Shown piece by piece: positions 1-9,395 of a stretch of DNA of 63,204 bases (the first letter of the stretch is position 1; each line of letters opens with the position of its first letter). The notes beneath the pieces were generated by a model that saw only the letters and a program-made list of their open reading frames with translations, did no database searches and was not told the DNA's origin. The translations under genes were made by a program, and so were the position numbers. Origin of the DNA: an uncultured Actinomycetota bacterium (GTDB taxonomy: Bacteria > Actinomycetota > Humimicrobiia > Humimicrobiales > Humimicrobiaceae); contig CAZBSE010000006.1 in the NCBI GenBank assembly GCA_964494385.1, positions 1-63,204 of the forward strand, written 5' to 3'.

Positions 1-57
1 TATTATTATTTTTTAATATTATGAAAGATATTTTTATCCTCAAAGGAGGAAGAAGTA

Positions 58-405
58 ATGGTAGAAAATAAGGATAAATTGGTGGTAGTTTGGACTAGCA
101 ACGATAGAGATGTTGCACTTAAGATGGTTTTTATGTATGTTCTTAACTCCAGATTAAAGAATTGGTGGGAGGATATTACATTAATATTATGGGGTCCATC
201 TGCTAATCTTTTAAGTCAGGATCATGAACTGCAAGAATATCTAGAGAAGATAATGGAGCAAGGAGTGACTGTTGAAGCATGCATTACTTGTGCTGAAATG
301 TATGGAGTTACTAAAAAGCTTTCTGACTTAGGGTTAGATGTAAAAAAAATGGGATCACAATTAACAGAGTATCTTAAAGAAGGTAGAAACATAATTACCT
401 TTTAA
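58..405 (+). CDS. DsrE/DsrF-like family protein
   Basis: 115 aa; 'ITLILWGPS' and 'VEACITCAEMYGV' (CxxC) are typical of DsrE-like proteins; SD AAGGAGG upstream. Confidence 0.75.
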   Translation: MVENKDKLVVVWTSNDRDVALKMVFMYVLNSRLKNWWEDITLILWGPSANLLSQDHELQEYLEKIMEQGVTVEACITCAEMYGVTKKLSDLGLDVKKMGSQLTEYLKEGRNIITF

Positions 406-667
406 TTCTCGAAATTAATTTTATCATTCAGAAATCTAGAAGGTAGCCCATATAAATCTTAGTTGGAACCGGATTAGAAGTGATGTACTACTGTTAAATA
501 AGTTGAAATTTGTGTGAATAGTTCTTGTAATGTCCCTAAACTTTATTAAACAATTTAGGTCTATATTTTTTTGTGTAACCCTCTAAATTAGTATAAAATT
601 AAAAAGTTCAAAAGAGAATACAAAAAGTGATTATTCATTTTATAAAATAATTGAATGGAGGATAATT

Positions 668-1252
668 ATGAAATTTACGCTTTCGATAGGAGACCAGGCT
701 CCGGATTTTACTCTTGCAGCAACGGATGGGAAAATATATTCGTTAAAAGATTTCAATGATGTAAAAGTGCTTGTTATTTTCTTTACCTGCAATCATTGCC
801 CTTATGTGATTGGTTCTGATGAAGTAACGCGTAAAACAGCTTTGTATTTTGAAAGACATGGTATCAAATTTATTGCTATAAATTCAAACAGTAAAAACAC
901 ATATATCGAAGACTCATTTGAAAATATGGTCAAGAGAATGGAAAAAGAAAAATTCCCCTGGATTTATCTTTATGATTCCGACCAAAAAATTGCTCTTGCT
1001 TATGGTGCACTCAGAACTCCTCATTTTTATATTTTTGATAACGATAGGAAGCTTATATACACTGGACGAGGTGTTGATAATCCGAAAGATACTAATAGAA
1101 TGAAAGTGAATGATTTATGGAATGCATTAGATGAATATGTTTCAAGGAAAAAGATATCAACATCAATCACTAATCCTATAGGGTGTAATGTAAAATGGGA
1201 AGGAAAAGACCCTCATTGGATGCCAGAAGAAGCCTGTGATCTTGTTTTGTAA
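668..1252 (+). CDS. Thioredoxin-fold redoxin (AhpC/TSA-like)
   Basis: 'GDQAPDFTL', 'FTCNHCPYV', '[13 protein letters not shown]', 'IGCNVKW'; SD GGAGG. Confidence 0.85.
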   Translation: MKFTLSIGDQAPDFTLAATDGKIYSLKDFNDVKVLVIFFTCNHCPYVIGSDEVTRKTALYFERHGIKFIAINSNSKNTYIEDSFENMVKRMEKEKFPWIYLYDSDQKIALAYGALRTPHFYIFDNDRKLIYTGRGVDNPKDTNRMKVNDLWNALDEYVSRKKISTSITNPIGCNVKWEGKDPHWMPEEACDLVL

Positions 1253-1306
1253 AATATAAATTTAGATAAAGAAAAAAACCGTAAGGGTTGATAAAACCAA
1301 GCTCTA

Positions 1307-1338
1307 TAATAAGACCCCTTTAATCAGGGGTCTTATTA
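1307..1338. terminator. Intrinsic terminator-like hairpin
   Basis: TAATAAGACCCCT-ttaatc-AGGGGTCTTATTA, perfect 13-bp stem downstream of the redoxin gene. Confidence 0.75.
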
Positions 1339-1354
1339 CTTTGTGTAAATAGTA

Positions 1355-1384
1355 TGGGTAGCCCATAAGGGTCTCGAACCTTAA
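1355..1384 (-). pseudogene. Degenerate tRNA 3'-end fragment (tRNA-Glu-like)
   Basis: Minus strand reads TAAGGTTCGAGACCCTTATGGGCTACCCA, resembling the T-arm and acceptor 3' end GGTTCGAATCCCCTATGGGCTACCA; no recognisable D- or anticodon arm. Confidence 0.4.
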
Positions 1385-1655
1385 TTATTCAATCTTCAAT
1401 TGATCAGAATGTTTTCTTCCATTCTTTCAATATTATTATCCAACCTTAAATGTGCTAAGAGATTCATGTATTCATTAAGGGAAATTATGCTGTTATCTTT
1501 ATATATTTTAAACAGGACAACCTGACCGGTAAAAAAGTAGATAGTTCCAGAAAAATAACAGTTAGCAGGACTGGGTTATAAAAAACTTTATAATTTCAAT
1601 TTATTATTATAATATACAAAGGATTTATTTGATAAAAATTAATAAGGATCAGATC

Positions 1656-2429
1656 ATGGATGATAATTCAATAGCAATAGAAATTTTTAATCTATCCAAA
1701 AATTTTGGTAATTTAACTGCTGTAAGCAAATTAAATTTAGAAATTAAAAGAGGCGAGATTTTTGGTTTTTTGGGACCTAACGGAGCAGGGAAAACAACAA
1801 CCATAAAAATGATGACAGGTCTTCTTAAACCGACATCGGGTAATGTAAAGATTATGGGTAAGGACATACAGGAAAACCCCATAGATGCAAAGAAATATAT
1901 AGGTCTTATACCGGATCAGCCTAAAATTTATGAAAAGCTGACAGGAGTAGAGTTTTTAAGATTTATGGGAAATATATTTGGAATGGGCAAAGAAAAGATT
2001 GAGGAAAAAATAAAGGAGCTTTTAAAGCTTTTTGATCTTGCAGAGAGAGGAGAAGAATTGATCCAGAGTTATTCACATGGTATGAAGCAAAAAATTACCA
2101 TAGCAGCAGCATTGATTCATTCCCCCAAAGTTCTTTTTTTTGATGAACCGACCGTAGGGCTGGATCCCAAAAGTGCAAAGATTATAAAAGACATATTAAG
2201 ATTTAGGGCAAAATCCGGTGACTGTATTTTTATGTCCACTCATATTCTGGAAATAGCAGAGAGGATATGCGACAGAGTCGGTATTATCCAGGACGGGAAG
2301 CTAATAGCAGTCGGAGACATGGAGGAACTCAGGAAATTATCAATAGAGGGAAAGGGAAATCTGGAAGAGATATTCTTACAGCTGACCGGAGGAGATGAGC
2401 ATATAGATATTATAAAATCTTTAACTTAG
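1656..2429 (+). CDS. ABC transporter ATP-binding protein (ABC-2 exporter type)
   Basis: Walker A GPNGAGKTT, signature YSHGMKQK, Walker B FFDEPT; ATG at 1656 follows AAGGA. Confidence 0.92.
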   Translation: MDDNSIAIEIFNLSKNFGNLTAVSKLNLEIKRGEIFGFLGPNGAGKTTTIKMMTGLLKPTSGNVKIMGKDIQENPIDAKKYIGLIPDQPKIYEKLTGVEFLRFMGNIFGMGKEKIEEKIKELLKLFDLAERGEELIQSYSHGMKQKITIAAALIHSPKVLFFDEPTVGLDPKSAKIIKDILRFRAKSGDCIFMSTHILEIAERICDRVGIIQDGKLIAVGDMEELRKLSIEGKGNLEEIFLQLTGGDEHIDIIKSLT

Positions 2430-2436
2430 AAGTAAT

Positions 2437-4146
2437 ATGTTAAAAATACTTATTAAAAACAAACTAAAAATTATTACTCTGGGGTATACAAGAGATGAAC
2501 CAAAGAAAAAGGCCGGGAGGATAATCGGTACCCTGATAGGGGCAGCAATTTTTTCTGTACTGCTTTTCTATTCTGCAAAACTTATTTCAATTATTTATGG
2601 CAGACTTGATATAGAGCTGGCAAATATAATATTTGATATTGGCTTTGATTATATTTTTGCGGTTATATTTATTTTTGTGATATTTACGGGAGTTGCCACC
2701 AGCCTTTATGTGCTGTATCTATCCAGGGACCTGGAATTATTATTAAGTCTTCCGTTAGGCTACCGCACCGTTTTCACCTATAAATATATAGAAGCATTAA
2801 TAACAAATTCATATTTGTTTTTTATAGCAATATTACCGGTCTTAATAGCGTATGGATTTACATCGGAAATGTCGATTGCATACTATCCGGTAATGATAAT
2901 AGTTTTTATATCTGTATTATCCATACCAACCAGTCTTGGAGTGCTGGCAGGTATGATTGCAGCCAGATATATTAATCCCGGTAAGGCCAGGGAAATACTT
3001 GCTGTTATAGGGGGGCTGTTAGGGCTGATTATATGGCTGCTTTCGCAGATTATATCAAGATATGCAAAGAACATATCACCGGAATTAAAATCAATGGGAG
3101 TCGAGGATATAAAGCAATATGTAATAGCTATTTTCGACAAGCCGTTCCTTAAGGCTTTTCCGTCTACCTGGGGTTCAAATGCGCTTTTTTATCTTCATAA
3201 TGGCAATTATGGAGGATTTATTAATAATTTTATTCTGGTTATGGTTACTTCTATTGTCTTGATATTCATATGTATAGCAATATCCCAGAGAATATATTAC
3301 TCAGGCTGGTCGAGTACATCACAGGTAAATGTAAGGAAAAGACGGAAGAAAGAAAAAACGGAAGAGGCAGAAGGAGATTATAAAAAAAGAAGTTATTCGT
3401 TCTTTACCGGAATTAATTATTTAATATTTAAAGATTTTAAAGTGATTTTCAGGGATGCCAGAAAGTTATTAAATATTTTTATGCCGCTTGTAATGTTTAC
3501 CTTTATATTCTTCTGGACCATTTCCAGAAGTGTAAACGAGAATAGCGGTATAAATTTCTTTATTCCTGTAAAAATTATTTTATTTTTATTTTTTCCATTG
3601 GCAGTTTCAGGAATAATAAATGCAAATTTATCAGGTAATAATATCGGCGGGGAAGGATTAAAATTCTGGATATTAAAAACATGTCCGGTAGATATGAAGA
3701 GAATTTTAAAAACAAAAATTATTTTTAGTTCCGCACTAACCGCATTATGCGGGTGCTTAATTATGGTTATATTTTACGTTATGTACAGGCCGGGTTTGCC
3801 GTATTTATTATTAGGAATAGTCCTTATGATTTTATTCAGCTGGGGTGATTCGATTATCAGTACTTCTGTCGGGTCCTTTTTCCCGGTTTTTAAACCGTCG
3901 GCATCGAAAAAAAATAATATATCATTTCTGGGCAGTATACTGAATTTAATAGTGTTTCTGGTATACTTGCTGTTTTTTGCAGGTATTGCGATAGGGATGT
4001 TATTTCTGGCAAATTATCTGTCATGGCCTTATTATTTAATATTTCCTGTAATAATGGTGCTGGAGCTGATACTTGATATAATTCTGTATAATATATTGGT
4101 AAATATCAGTGCTTATAAGTTGAATAGAATTGAATGGAAGTTTTAA
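2437..4146 (+). CDS. Putative ABC-2 exporter permease
   Basis: 569 aa with many TM helices, 'LYLSRDLELLLSLPL', 'KDFKVIFRD'; directly after the ATPase. Confidence 0.82.
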   Translation: MLKILIKNKLKIITLGYTRDEPKKKAGRIIGTLIGAAIFSVLLFYSAKLISIIYGRLDIELANIIFDIGFDYIFAVIFIFVIFTGVATSLYVLYLSRDLELLLSLPLGYRTVFTYKYIEALITNSYLFFIAILPVLIAYGFTSEMSIAYYPVMIIVFISVLSIPTSLGVLAGMIAARYINPGKAREILAVIGGLLGLIIWLLSQIISRYAKNISPELKSMGVEDIKQYVIAIFDKPFLKAFPSTWGSNALFYLHNGNYGGFINNFILVMVTSIVLIFICIAISQRIYYSGWSSTSQVNVRKRRKKEKTEEAEGDYKKRSYSFFTGINYLIFKDFKVIFRDARKLLNIFMPLVMFTFIFFWTISRSVNENSGINFFIPVKIILFLFFPLAVSGIINANLSGNNIGGEGLKFWILKTCPVDMKRILKTKIIFSSALTALCGCLIMVIFYVMYRPGLPYLLLGIVLMILFSWGDSIISTSVGSFFPVFKPSASKKNNISFLGSILNLIVFLVYLLFFAGIAIGMLFLANYLSWPYYLIFPVIMVLELILDIILYNILVNISAYKLNRIEWKF

Positions 4147-4493
4147 GGGCTTATTCTCTTTTACTTTTTAGTTATCTTTCCAGTAATTTTTAATATCTAC
4201 TTAAATTATTGTAACGCTTTTATGAATTTTTCTTCAATTTGTTCTAATCACTTTTCTTAAAAAGAAAAATATAATGGAATAAGTTTCCATTAATTGAAAA
4301 TTTCTGTTCTGGAAAGAATACATCCATTTCGTGTCAATGCAATATATTATTTTGCATATAAAGAAAATTAATATTAACATATATATTGAATATTATAATT
4401 ATAATAGTATGAAAAAATAAATTTCTGATATAATATATTAATGTAAGCATAAAAGTATTAATAATATTATTAATAGAAATAGGGTAGAGAGAC

Positions 4494-5141
4494 ATGGGAA
4501 AAATATATAAAAGGCAAAATTTTAGATTTTTTAAAAATTTTAGCTATAAGTTTATAAGATTAAAGTATTTTATATTAATAGTGGGAGCAATGCTGCTGGA
4601 AATTATAGTACTGGTTATATATATAATAAATAATGAAAACATTGTTTATTTTGATTTATTTACGGGAGGAATATTATACGGCTTTACCAGTATAATTGTA
4701 GTAGTACTTGCGCTGGGATGCCTGGTGCTTATTTTAACTGATAGGTCTAGAAATAAAAATAGAATTAAAAAATTCAATGATTTCAGGAGAAGTTATTTTA
4801 AACTGTCAAATGAATATACAAGGGAAATAGATGAATTGGTTAAAAGATTTGATGAAGAAAAAGATAGTTTTGAAACAAAAATAAATTATGCTATAAATAT
4901 TTCAGAGAAATACAACGATTATTCAAAAGAATTTTCGAAGATAAGAATTCCTGGTTTTTTAAGTGATGCGTTTAATTATGAATCGGATCATCTTAATAAA
5001 GAGAAACTATTCTTCACTAGATTTTCATTATTGTCAAAACGGCTAGAGCTGGAGAAAATTAATAAAGAGTCTGACCTGGCTCACCAAAATTTTAAAAGAG
5101 AACTCAATAATATCGAGAAAAATTTAAGGTTGATAATCTAA
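4494..5141 (+). CDS. Hypothetical membrane protein (2 TM + helical C-terminus)
   Basis: 215-aa ORF with two hydrophobic segments; family not recognised. Confidence 0.6.
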   Translation: MGKIYKRQNFRFFKNFSYKFIRLKYFILIVGAMLLEIIVLVIYIINNENIVYFDLFTGGILYGFTSIIVVVLALGCLVLILTDRSRNKNRIKKFNDFRRSYFKLSNEYTREIDELVKRFDEEKDSFETKINYAINISEKYNDYSKEFSKIRIPGFLSDAFNYESDHLNKEKLFFTRFSLLSKRLELEKINKESDLAHQNFKRELNNIEKNLRLII

Positions 5142-5191
5142 TAAAAGTATATTATTTAAAATATTTAAATAATATCTATAAAATTTTAACA

Positions 5192-6706
5192 ATGGCAGAT
5201 AGCAATAAGATTAAGGAACAGTTAAATTTGGAAATAGATAAAATCAAACAGATAATAGATGCCTATGAACAGTCACAGCCTGATTTGGTAAAATTAAAGG
5301 AAGCTCTTGATGAGAGTAAAGAAGAATATGAAAATTTAATAAATTCTGCTCCTTTTGGCATAATAACTCTTGATGATAAAGGGATTATTACATCATGTAA
5401 TAATAGTGTGTTAGAATTCCTTGATTTACCCAAGGCGGAGATAATCGGTAAAAATTTTACAAAACTTAAATTTCTGAATATAAAAGATATACCCAGCTAT
5501 CTTAAAATATTTACACATGCCTTGAAAGGAAAAGAAGGCATGTCATTTGAGATAACAGGCCGAAATAAGAAAGGGGATATCTTTTTTGGAGAAGTTCGTT
5601 ATGGACTTATAAAAAAAGATAATAAGGTTAAATCTGTACAAGTATTGATAAATGATATTACCGGAAGGAAAAAAGTAGAAGAAAAATTAAAATACTTAAG
5701 ATTTCATGATGAACTGACAGGCTTATATAATAGAGCATATTTCGAAGAAGAGGTAAAAAGACTGGATTCTGATAGGCAGTTTCCATTAAGTTTTATAATA
5801 GGAGATGTAAACGGTTTAAAATTAATAAACGACGCCTTTGGCAGCAGGGAAGGTGATATAGTACTTAAGAATATTGCCAGTGCCATAATAAAGTACTGCA
5901 GGAAAGAAGATATCACTGCAAGATGGGGAGAAGATGAGTTTTCAATACTGCTGCCCAGGACCCCCATAGAATATGCCAGAAAAATAGTAATTAGAATCAT
6001 AGAAACCTGCAGGGCAACATATAAAGGAAAAAATAATTTTAATATTTCTTTTGGTATCTCCACGAAAAATAGCAAAGATCAGGACTTTCAGGGTGTTATA
6101 AAAGAAGCTAAAGACGAAATGTACAAGAATAAATTGTTTGAATCAAAAAGCGTTCCTGATTCTGTTATATCGTCATTAGTGGACTCATTGATGGAGGGCA
6201 GTTATGAAACCAGGGAACACGGGAAAAGAGTAAGAAAAATGGTTTTAAAATTGGGGCGCACCATAGGACTGCCTAAAAGCAAAATGGATGAATTATCAAT
6301 TCTTGCGGGTCTTCATGACCTGGGAAAGATAGCCATACCTGATGATATTGTCAAAAAGAATGGAAAACTAAATGAAAAAGACTGGAAGGTTTTAAAGAGT
6401 TATCCGGAGATAGGTCATAATATTGCAAAATCTTCATATAAATTTTCAAATATAGCCGAATACATACTGACCCATCATGAAAGGTGGGATGGGAAAGGTT
6501 ATCCTCAGGGACTAAAAGGTGAAGATATCCCAATGGCTTCACGTATTACTGCTATTGCAGATGCCTATGATGTTATGCGAAGTGGTAGGTTCTATAAGAG
6601 GACATTAAGCAAAAAAGAAGCAATTGAAGAGTTAAAAAAATCAAGCGGTACACAATTTGATCCAAAATTGGTGGTAGAGTTTATAAAGATTCTTGAAGAG
6701 GAATAA
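5192..6706 (+). CDS. PAS-GGDEF-HD-GYP c-di-GMP signalling protein
   Basis: PAS; 'HDELTGLYNR', 'WGEDEF' (variant GGDEF); 'LHDLGK', 'HHERWDGKGYP'. Confidence 0.9.
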   Translation: MADSNKIKEQLNLEIDKIKQIIDAYEQSQPDLVKLKEALDESKEEYENLINSAPFGIITLDDKGIITSCNNSVLEFLDLPKAEIIGKNFTKLKFLNIKDIPSYLKIFTHALKGKEGMSFEITGRNKKGDIFFGEVRYGLIKKDNKVKSVQVLINDITGRKKVEEKLKYLRFHDELTGLYNRAYFEEEVKRLDSDRQFPLSFIIGDVNGLKLINDAFGSREGDIVLKNIASAIIKYCRKEDITARWGEDEFSILLPRTPIEYARKIVIRIIETCRATYKGKNNFNISFGISTKNSKDQDFQGVIKEAKDEMYKNKLFESKSVPDSVISSLVDSLMEGSYETREHGKRVRKMVLKLGRTIGLPKSKMDELSILAGLHDLGKIAIPDDIVKKNGKLNEKDWKVLKSYPEIGHNIAKSSYKFSNIAEYILTHHERWDGKGYPQGLKGEDIPMASRITAIADAYDVMRSGRFYKRTLSKKEAIEELKKSSGTQFDPKLVVEFIKILEEE

Positions 6707-7067
6707 GTTCTATTCTGTCACCGTTTGAAATTTTTTTAAGCAGGGGCAGACTGCTGGAATCTTTAATTTTGCCAATAATTGTAACAGGGCTTGCAGCCTG
6801 CGGATTACTACCTGTACTTGCAGGTGTTTTTCCGAAAAATATGCAAAATGAATTTCCCGGGGGCCAGTATGCCACCGAACCAAAATCAACAACTTCTGTA
6901 CCATTTTCCAATTCTGAATGCACGGGGATCTCAAAATATATTTCATCGCCCCACCTGTTTGCACTAGAGGCTATTGGCAATGCCTTTACAATTTTTAAAG
7001 CTGTATTTGAATTATTTAAGCTAACCGTGAATTCCATATCGTTAGAAATTATTTTGATGTCAGTCAA
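6681..7067 (-). CDS. Cyclophilin-like fold protein (DUF369/TM1367-like)
   Basis: 'NRWGDEIYF', 'VAYWPPGNSFCIFFGKTP', 'ASPVTIIG'; SD AAGGAG on minus strand. Confidence 0.85.
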   Translation of the reverse strand: MTDIKIISNDMEFTVSLNNSNTALKIVKALPIASSANRWGDEIYFEIPVHSELENGTEVVDFGSVAYWPPGNSFCIFFGKTPASTGSNPQAASPVTIIGKIKDSSSLPLLKKISNGDRIELIPLQESL

Positions 7068-7419
7068 TTATAAACCGGCTCCTTTAAGAGATTTTTATTT
7101 TTATAAATATAATATAAAAATAATATATTTTAAAGTTAAAATCCAGAGAACTAAGTAACATTTAAAAATTTTATAAGACCTGCAATGCCTTGAGAGATAT
7201 AATTAAAGGAGGGGGATGACGAAAGCAAGTTCAAAAAAGAGGGAATTTGTGGTCGGCTGTGAAAATTATGGATAAATATGGTGATTTTTTAACAATTTCG
7301 CCTTAAAATATAAATTATATTTTTACATGGGATCAAGGATCCATAGAAGAAAGATTAAAAAGCATAGATAGGAAGTTAATTGTATATATGCATTTATAAA
7401 AAGAGGTAATGAAATAAAA

Positions 7420-7698
7420 ATGAAGCATTCTAAGGGAATCGATAAAGGAAAAGTAATTTTATATGCCCTGAGCACCTGTCAATGGTGCAGAAAAACTAAG
7501 GATCTTCTAAGAGATTTAAATATCGATTATTATTATGTAGATGTTGATCTGGCTGATAATGAAAAACAGAAGGAACTGGTGGAAGAAATTAAAAAATTTA
7601 ATCCGTCCTGTAGTTTTCCCACACTGGTGATAGAAGACAAGGATTGTATAATTGGATTTGATGAAGAAAAAATAAAGGAAAAATTCAAGAAGCAGTAA
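7420..7698 (+). CDS. Glutaredoxin-like (NrdH-redoxin type) protein
   Basis: '[14 protein letters not shown]', 'SFPTLVI', 'IIGFDEE'. Confidence 0.88.
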   Translation: MKHSKGIDKGKVILYALSTCQWCRKTKDLLRDLNIDYYYVDVDLADNEKQKELVEEIKKFNPSCSFPTLVIEDKDCIIGFDEEKIKEKFKKQ

Positions 7699-7700
7699 TT

Positions 7701-8216
7701 ATGGGTAATGAAATTAATAATAGTGAAGTTGAAAAAATATACAAAAAATTAAACAATGATGCAGAATCCGGTGGATATCACCTTAATCCTGACAACGCTT
7801 TTACCAAGAAACTTGTAAGGGGACTGCTGATAAACAAGAAAAGATATGGATACCAGGCATGTCCCTGCAGACTGGCATCAGGCATAAAAAAAGAGGACAT
7901 GGATATAATATGTCCATGTGATTACAGGGATCCTGATCTGGATGAATATGGGACCTGCTATTGTGCTCTTTATGTAGATGAAGAGATACTGGAAGGAAAA
8001 AAGAAAGTAGGGTCAATTCCGGAAAGAAGATATAAAAGAGAAGGGAAAGAAAAAATAAAAAAAGGGAGATCAGCAAAAGATGTAACTATGGATGTAAAAT
8101 ATCCGGTATGGAGATGCAGGGTATGCGGTTACTTGTGTGCGAGAGAAAATCCACCGTCTGTCTGTCCCATATGTAAAGCTAAAAAAGAAAGATTCGAAAT
8201 ATTTATCAAAAAGTGA
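7701..8216 (+). CDS. Ferredoxin-thioredoxin reductase catalytic domain fused to rubredoxin-like domain (ferredoxin:disulfide/glutaredoxin reductase)
   Basis: CPCR, ICPC, CYC FTR motifs; C-terminal WRCRVCGY...CPIC. Confidence 0.88.
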   Translation: MGNEINNSEVEKIYKKLNNDAESGGYHLNPDNAFTKKLVRGLLINKKRYGYQACPCRLASGIKKEDMDIICPCDYRDPDLDEYGTCYCALYVDEEILEGKKKVGSIPERRYKREGKEKIKKGRSAKDVTMDVKYPVWRCRVCGYLCARENPPSVCPICKAKKERFEIFIKK

Positions 8217-9395
8217 TTAATCAAGTACCCTGTCTTTATCCGCCAGTTTTGCTATAGTTAATTTATTTTCTCCAAATTTATCCGATATTCTGTCAATGGC
8301 TTTAGCCAGATTTTCATATCCGGATTTCTCTTCTGGCAGTAAGTTTTCAAGCATAGAAAACGGCTTTAAGCTGCTTACCGAAACTCCAACCAGCCTGATT
8401 TTTTTTCTCTTAAGGTCAAGATTTTTAAGTAAAGAAACAGAGAATTTGTGTATATCGAATATATTGGAAGTATAATTTTTAAGAGTCGCCCTCCGGGTGA
8501 TAGTTTTAAAATCAGAGAACCTTATCTTGAGAGTGATCACTCTGCCTTTATATTTCTTTAGCCGGAGGTTTCTGGATATTTTCTGTGAAAGAAGAAGAAG
8601 TGTCGATCCCAGTATTCCAAAATCGTCTATGTCTCTTCTGTAAGTCACCTCTCTTCCAATCGATTTGGGCTCCTGGTTCGGTGTTACTTTCCTGTTGTCA
8701 ATTCCGTTTGCCATTTCATGTATCATTCTCCCGAGTTCCCCGAACTTACTCTCCATTATTTCAAGGGGCATATCGGCAAGATCGCCTATGGTACCGACTC
8801 CCATTGATTTAAGTTGTTCACATGTAACTCTCCCCACACCCCATATATAGGATACTGGCAGCAGCTTGACCTTTTTTATAACTTCCCTGGTATTTTCAAG
8901 CACTATTAAGCCATTTGGCTTACCTATGCTTGAGGCAAGTTTTGCCAGAAACTTATTGGGACCTATGCCGGCAGAAGAAGTCAAATTGGTCTTTTCATAG
9001 ATTCTGCCTTTTATTTTTTTTGCAATTTCCAGTTCATCTCCGAAAAGTTTCTCACAGCCGGTTATATCCAGAAAAGCCTCGTCACATCCTATGACCTCCA
9101 CCAGGGGAGTAAACTGAAAGAATACTTCTCTTATCCGCATTGATTCCCTTAGATACTTTTCCATGTTAACAGGAACAAAAATTCCCGGGGGGCATAGTCT
9201 TCTTGCCCTGATTATAGGCATTCCCGAATGCAAACCGTATTTCCTTGCTTCATAGGAGGCGGATGAGATTACTCCTCTATTCAGCGGCCCCCCTACAATC
9301 AGAGGTTTATTCTTGTATTCAGGAGTGTCTCTTTGCTCTATTTGTGCAAAGAATGCATCCATATCTATATGTATTATTCTTCCTGGATTTCCCAT
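8217..9395 (-). CDS. dinB: DNA polymerase IV (Y family)
   Basis: 'IHIDMDAFFAQIE', 'SYEARKYG', 'CDEAFLD', 'NKFLAKLAS', 'IWGVG', little-finger 'KSIGRE..RLVGV'. Confidence 0.93.
   Translation of the reverse strand: MGNPGRIIHIDMDAFFAQIEQRDTPEYKNKPLIVGGPLNRGVISSASYEARKYGLHSGMPIIRARRLCPPGIFVPVNMEKYLRESMRIREVFFQFTPLVEVIGCDEAFLDITGCEKLFGDELEIAKKIKGRIYEKTNLTSSAGIGPNKFLAKLASSIGKPNGLIVLENTREVIKKVKLLPVSYIWGVGRVTCEQLKSMGVGTIGDLADMPLEIMESKFGELGRMIHEMANGIDNRKVTPNQEPKSIGREVTYRRDIDDFGILGSTLLLLSQKISRNLRLKKYKGRVITLKIRFSDFKTITRRATLKNYTSNIFDIHKFSVSLLKNLDLKRKKIRLVGVSVSSLKPFSMLENLLPEEKSGYENLAKAIDRISDKFGENKLTIAKLADKDRVLD

Noticed and set aside
6681-8217. Convergent overlap (6681-6706) and abutting stops (8216/8217) as antisense regulation
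   Set aside because: Common in compact genomes, and there is no further evidence.
8217-9395. Calling the Y-family gene imuB
   Set aside because: Catalytic residues and DinB motifs are intact, whereas ImuB lacks them.
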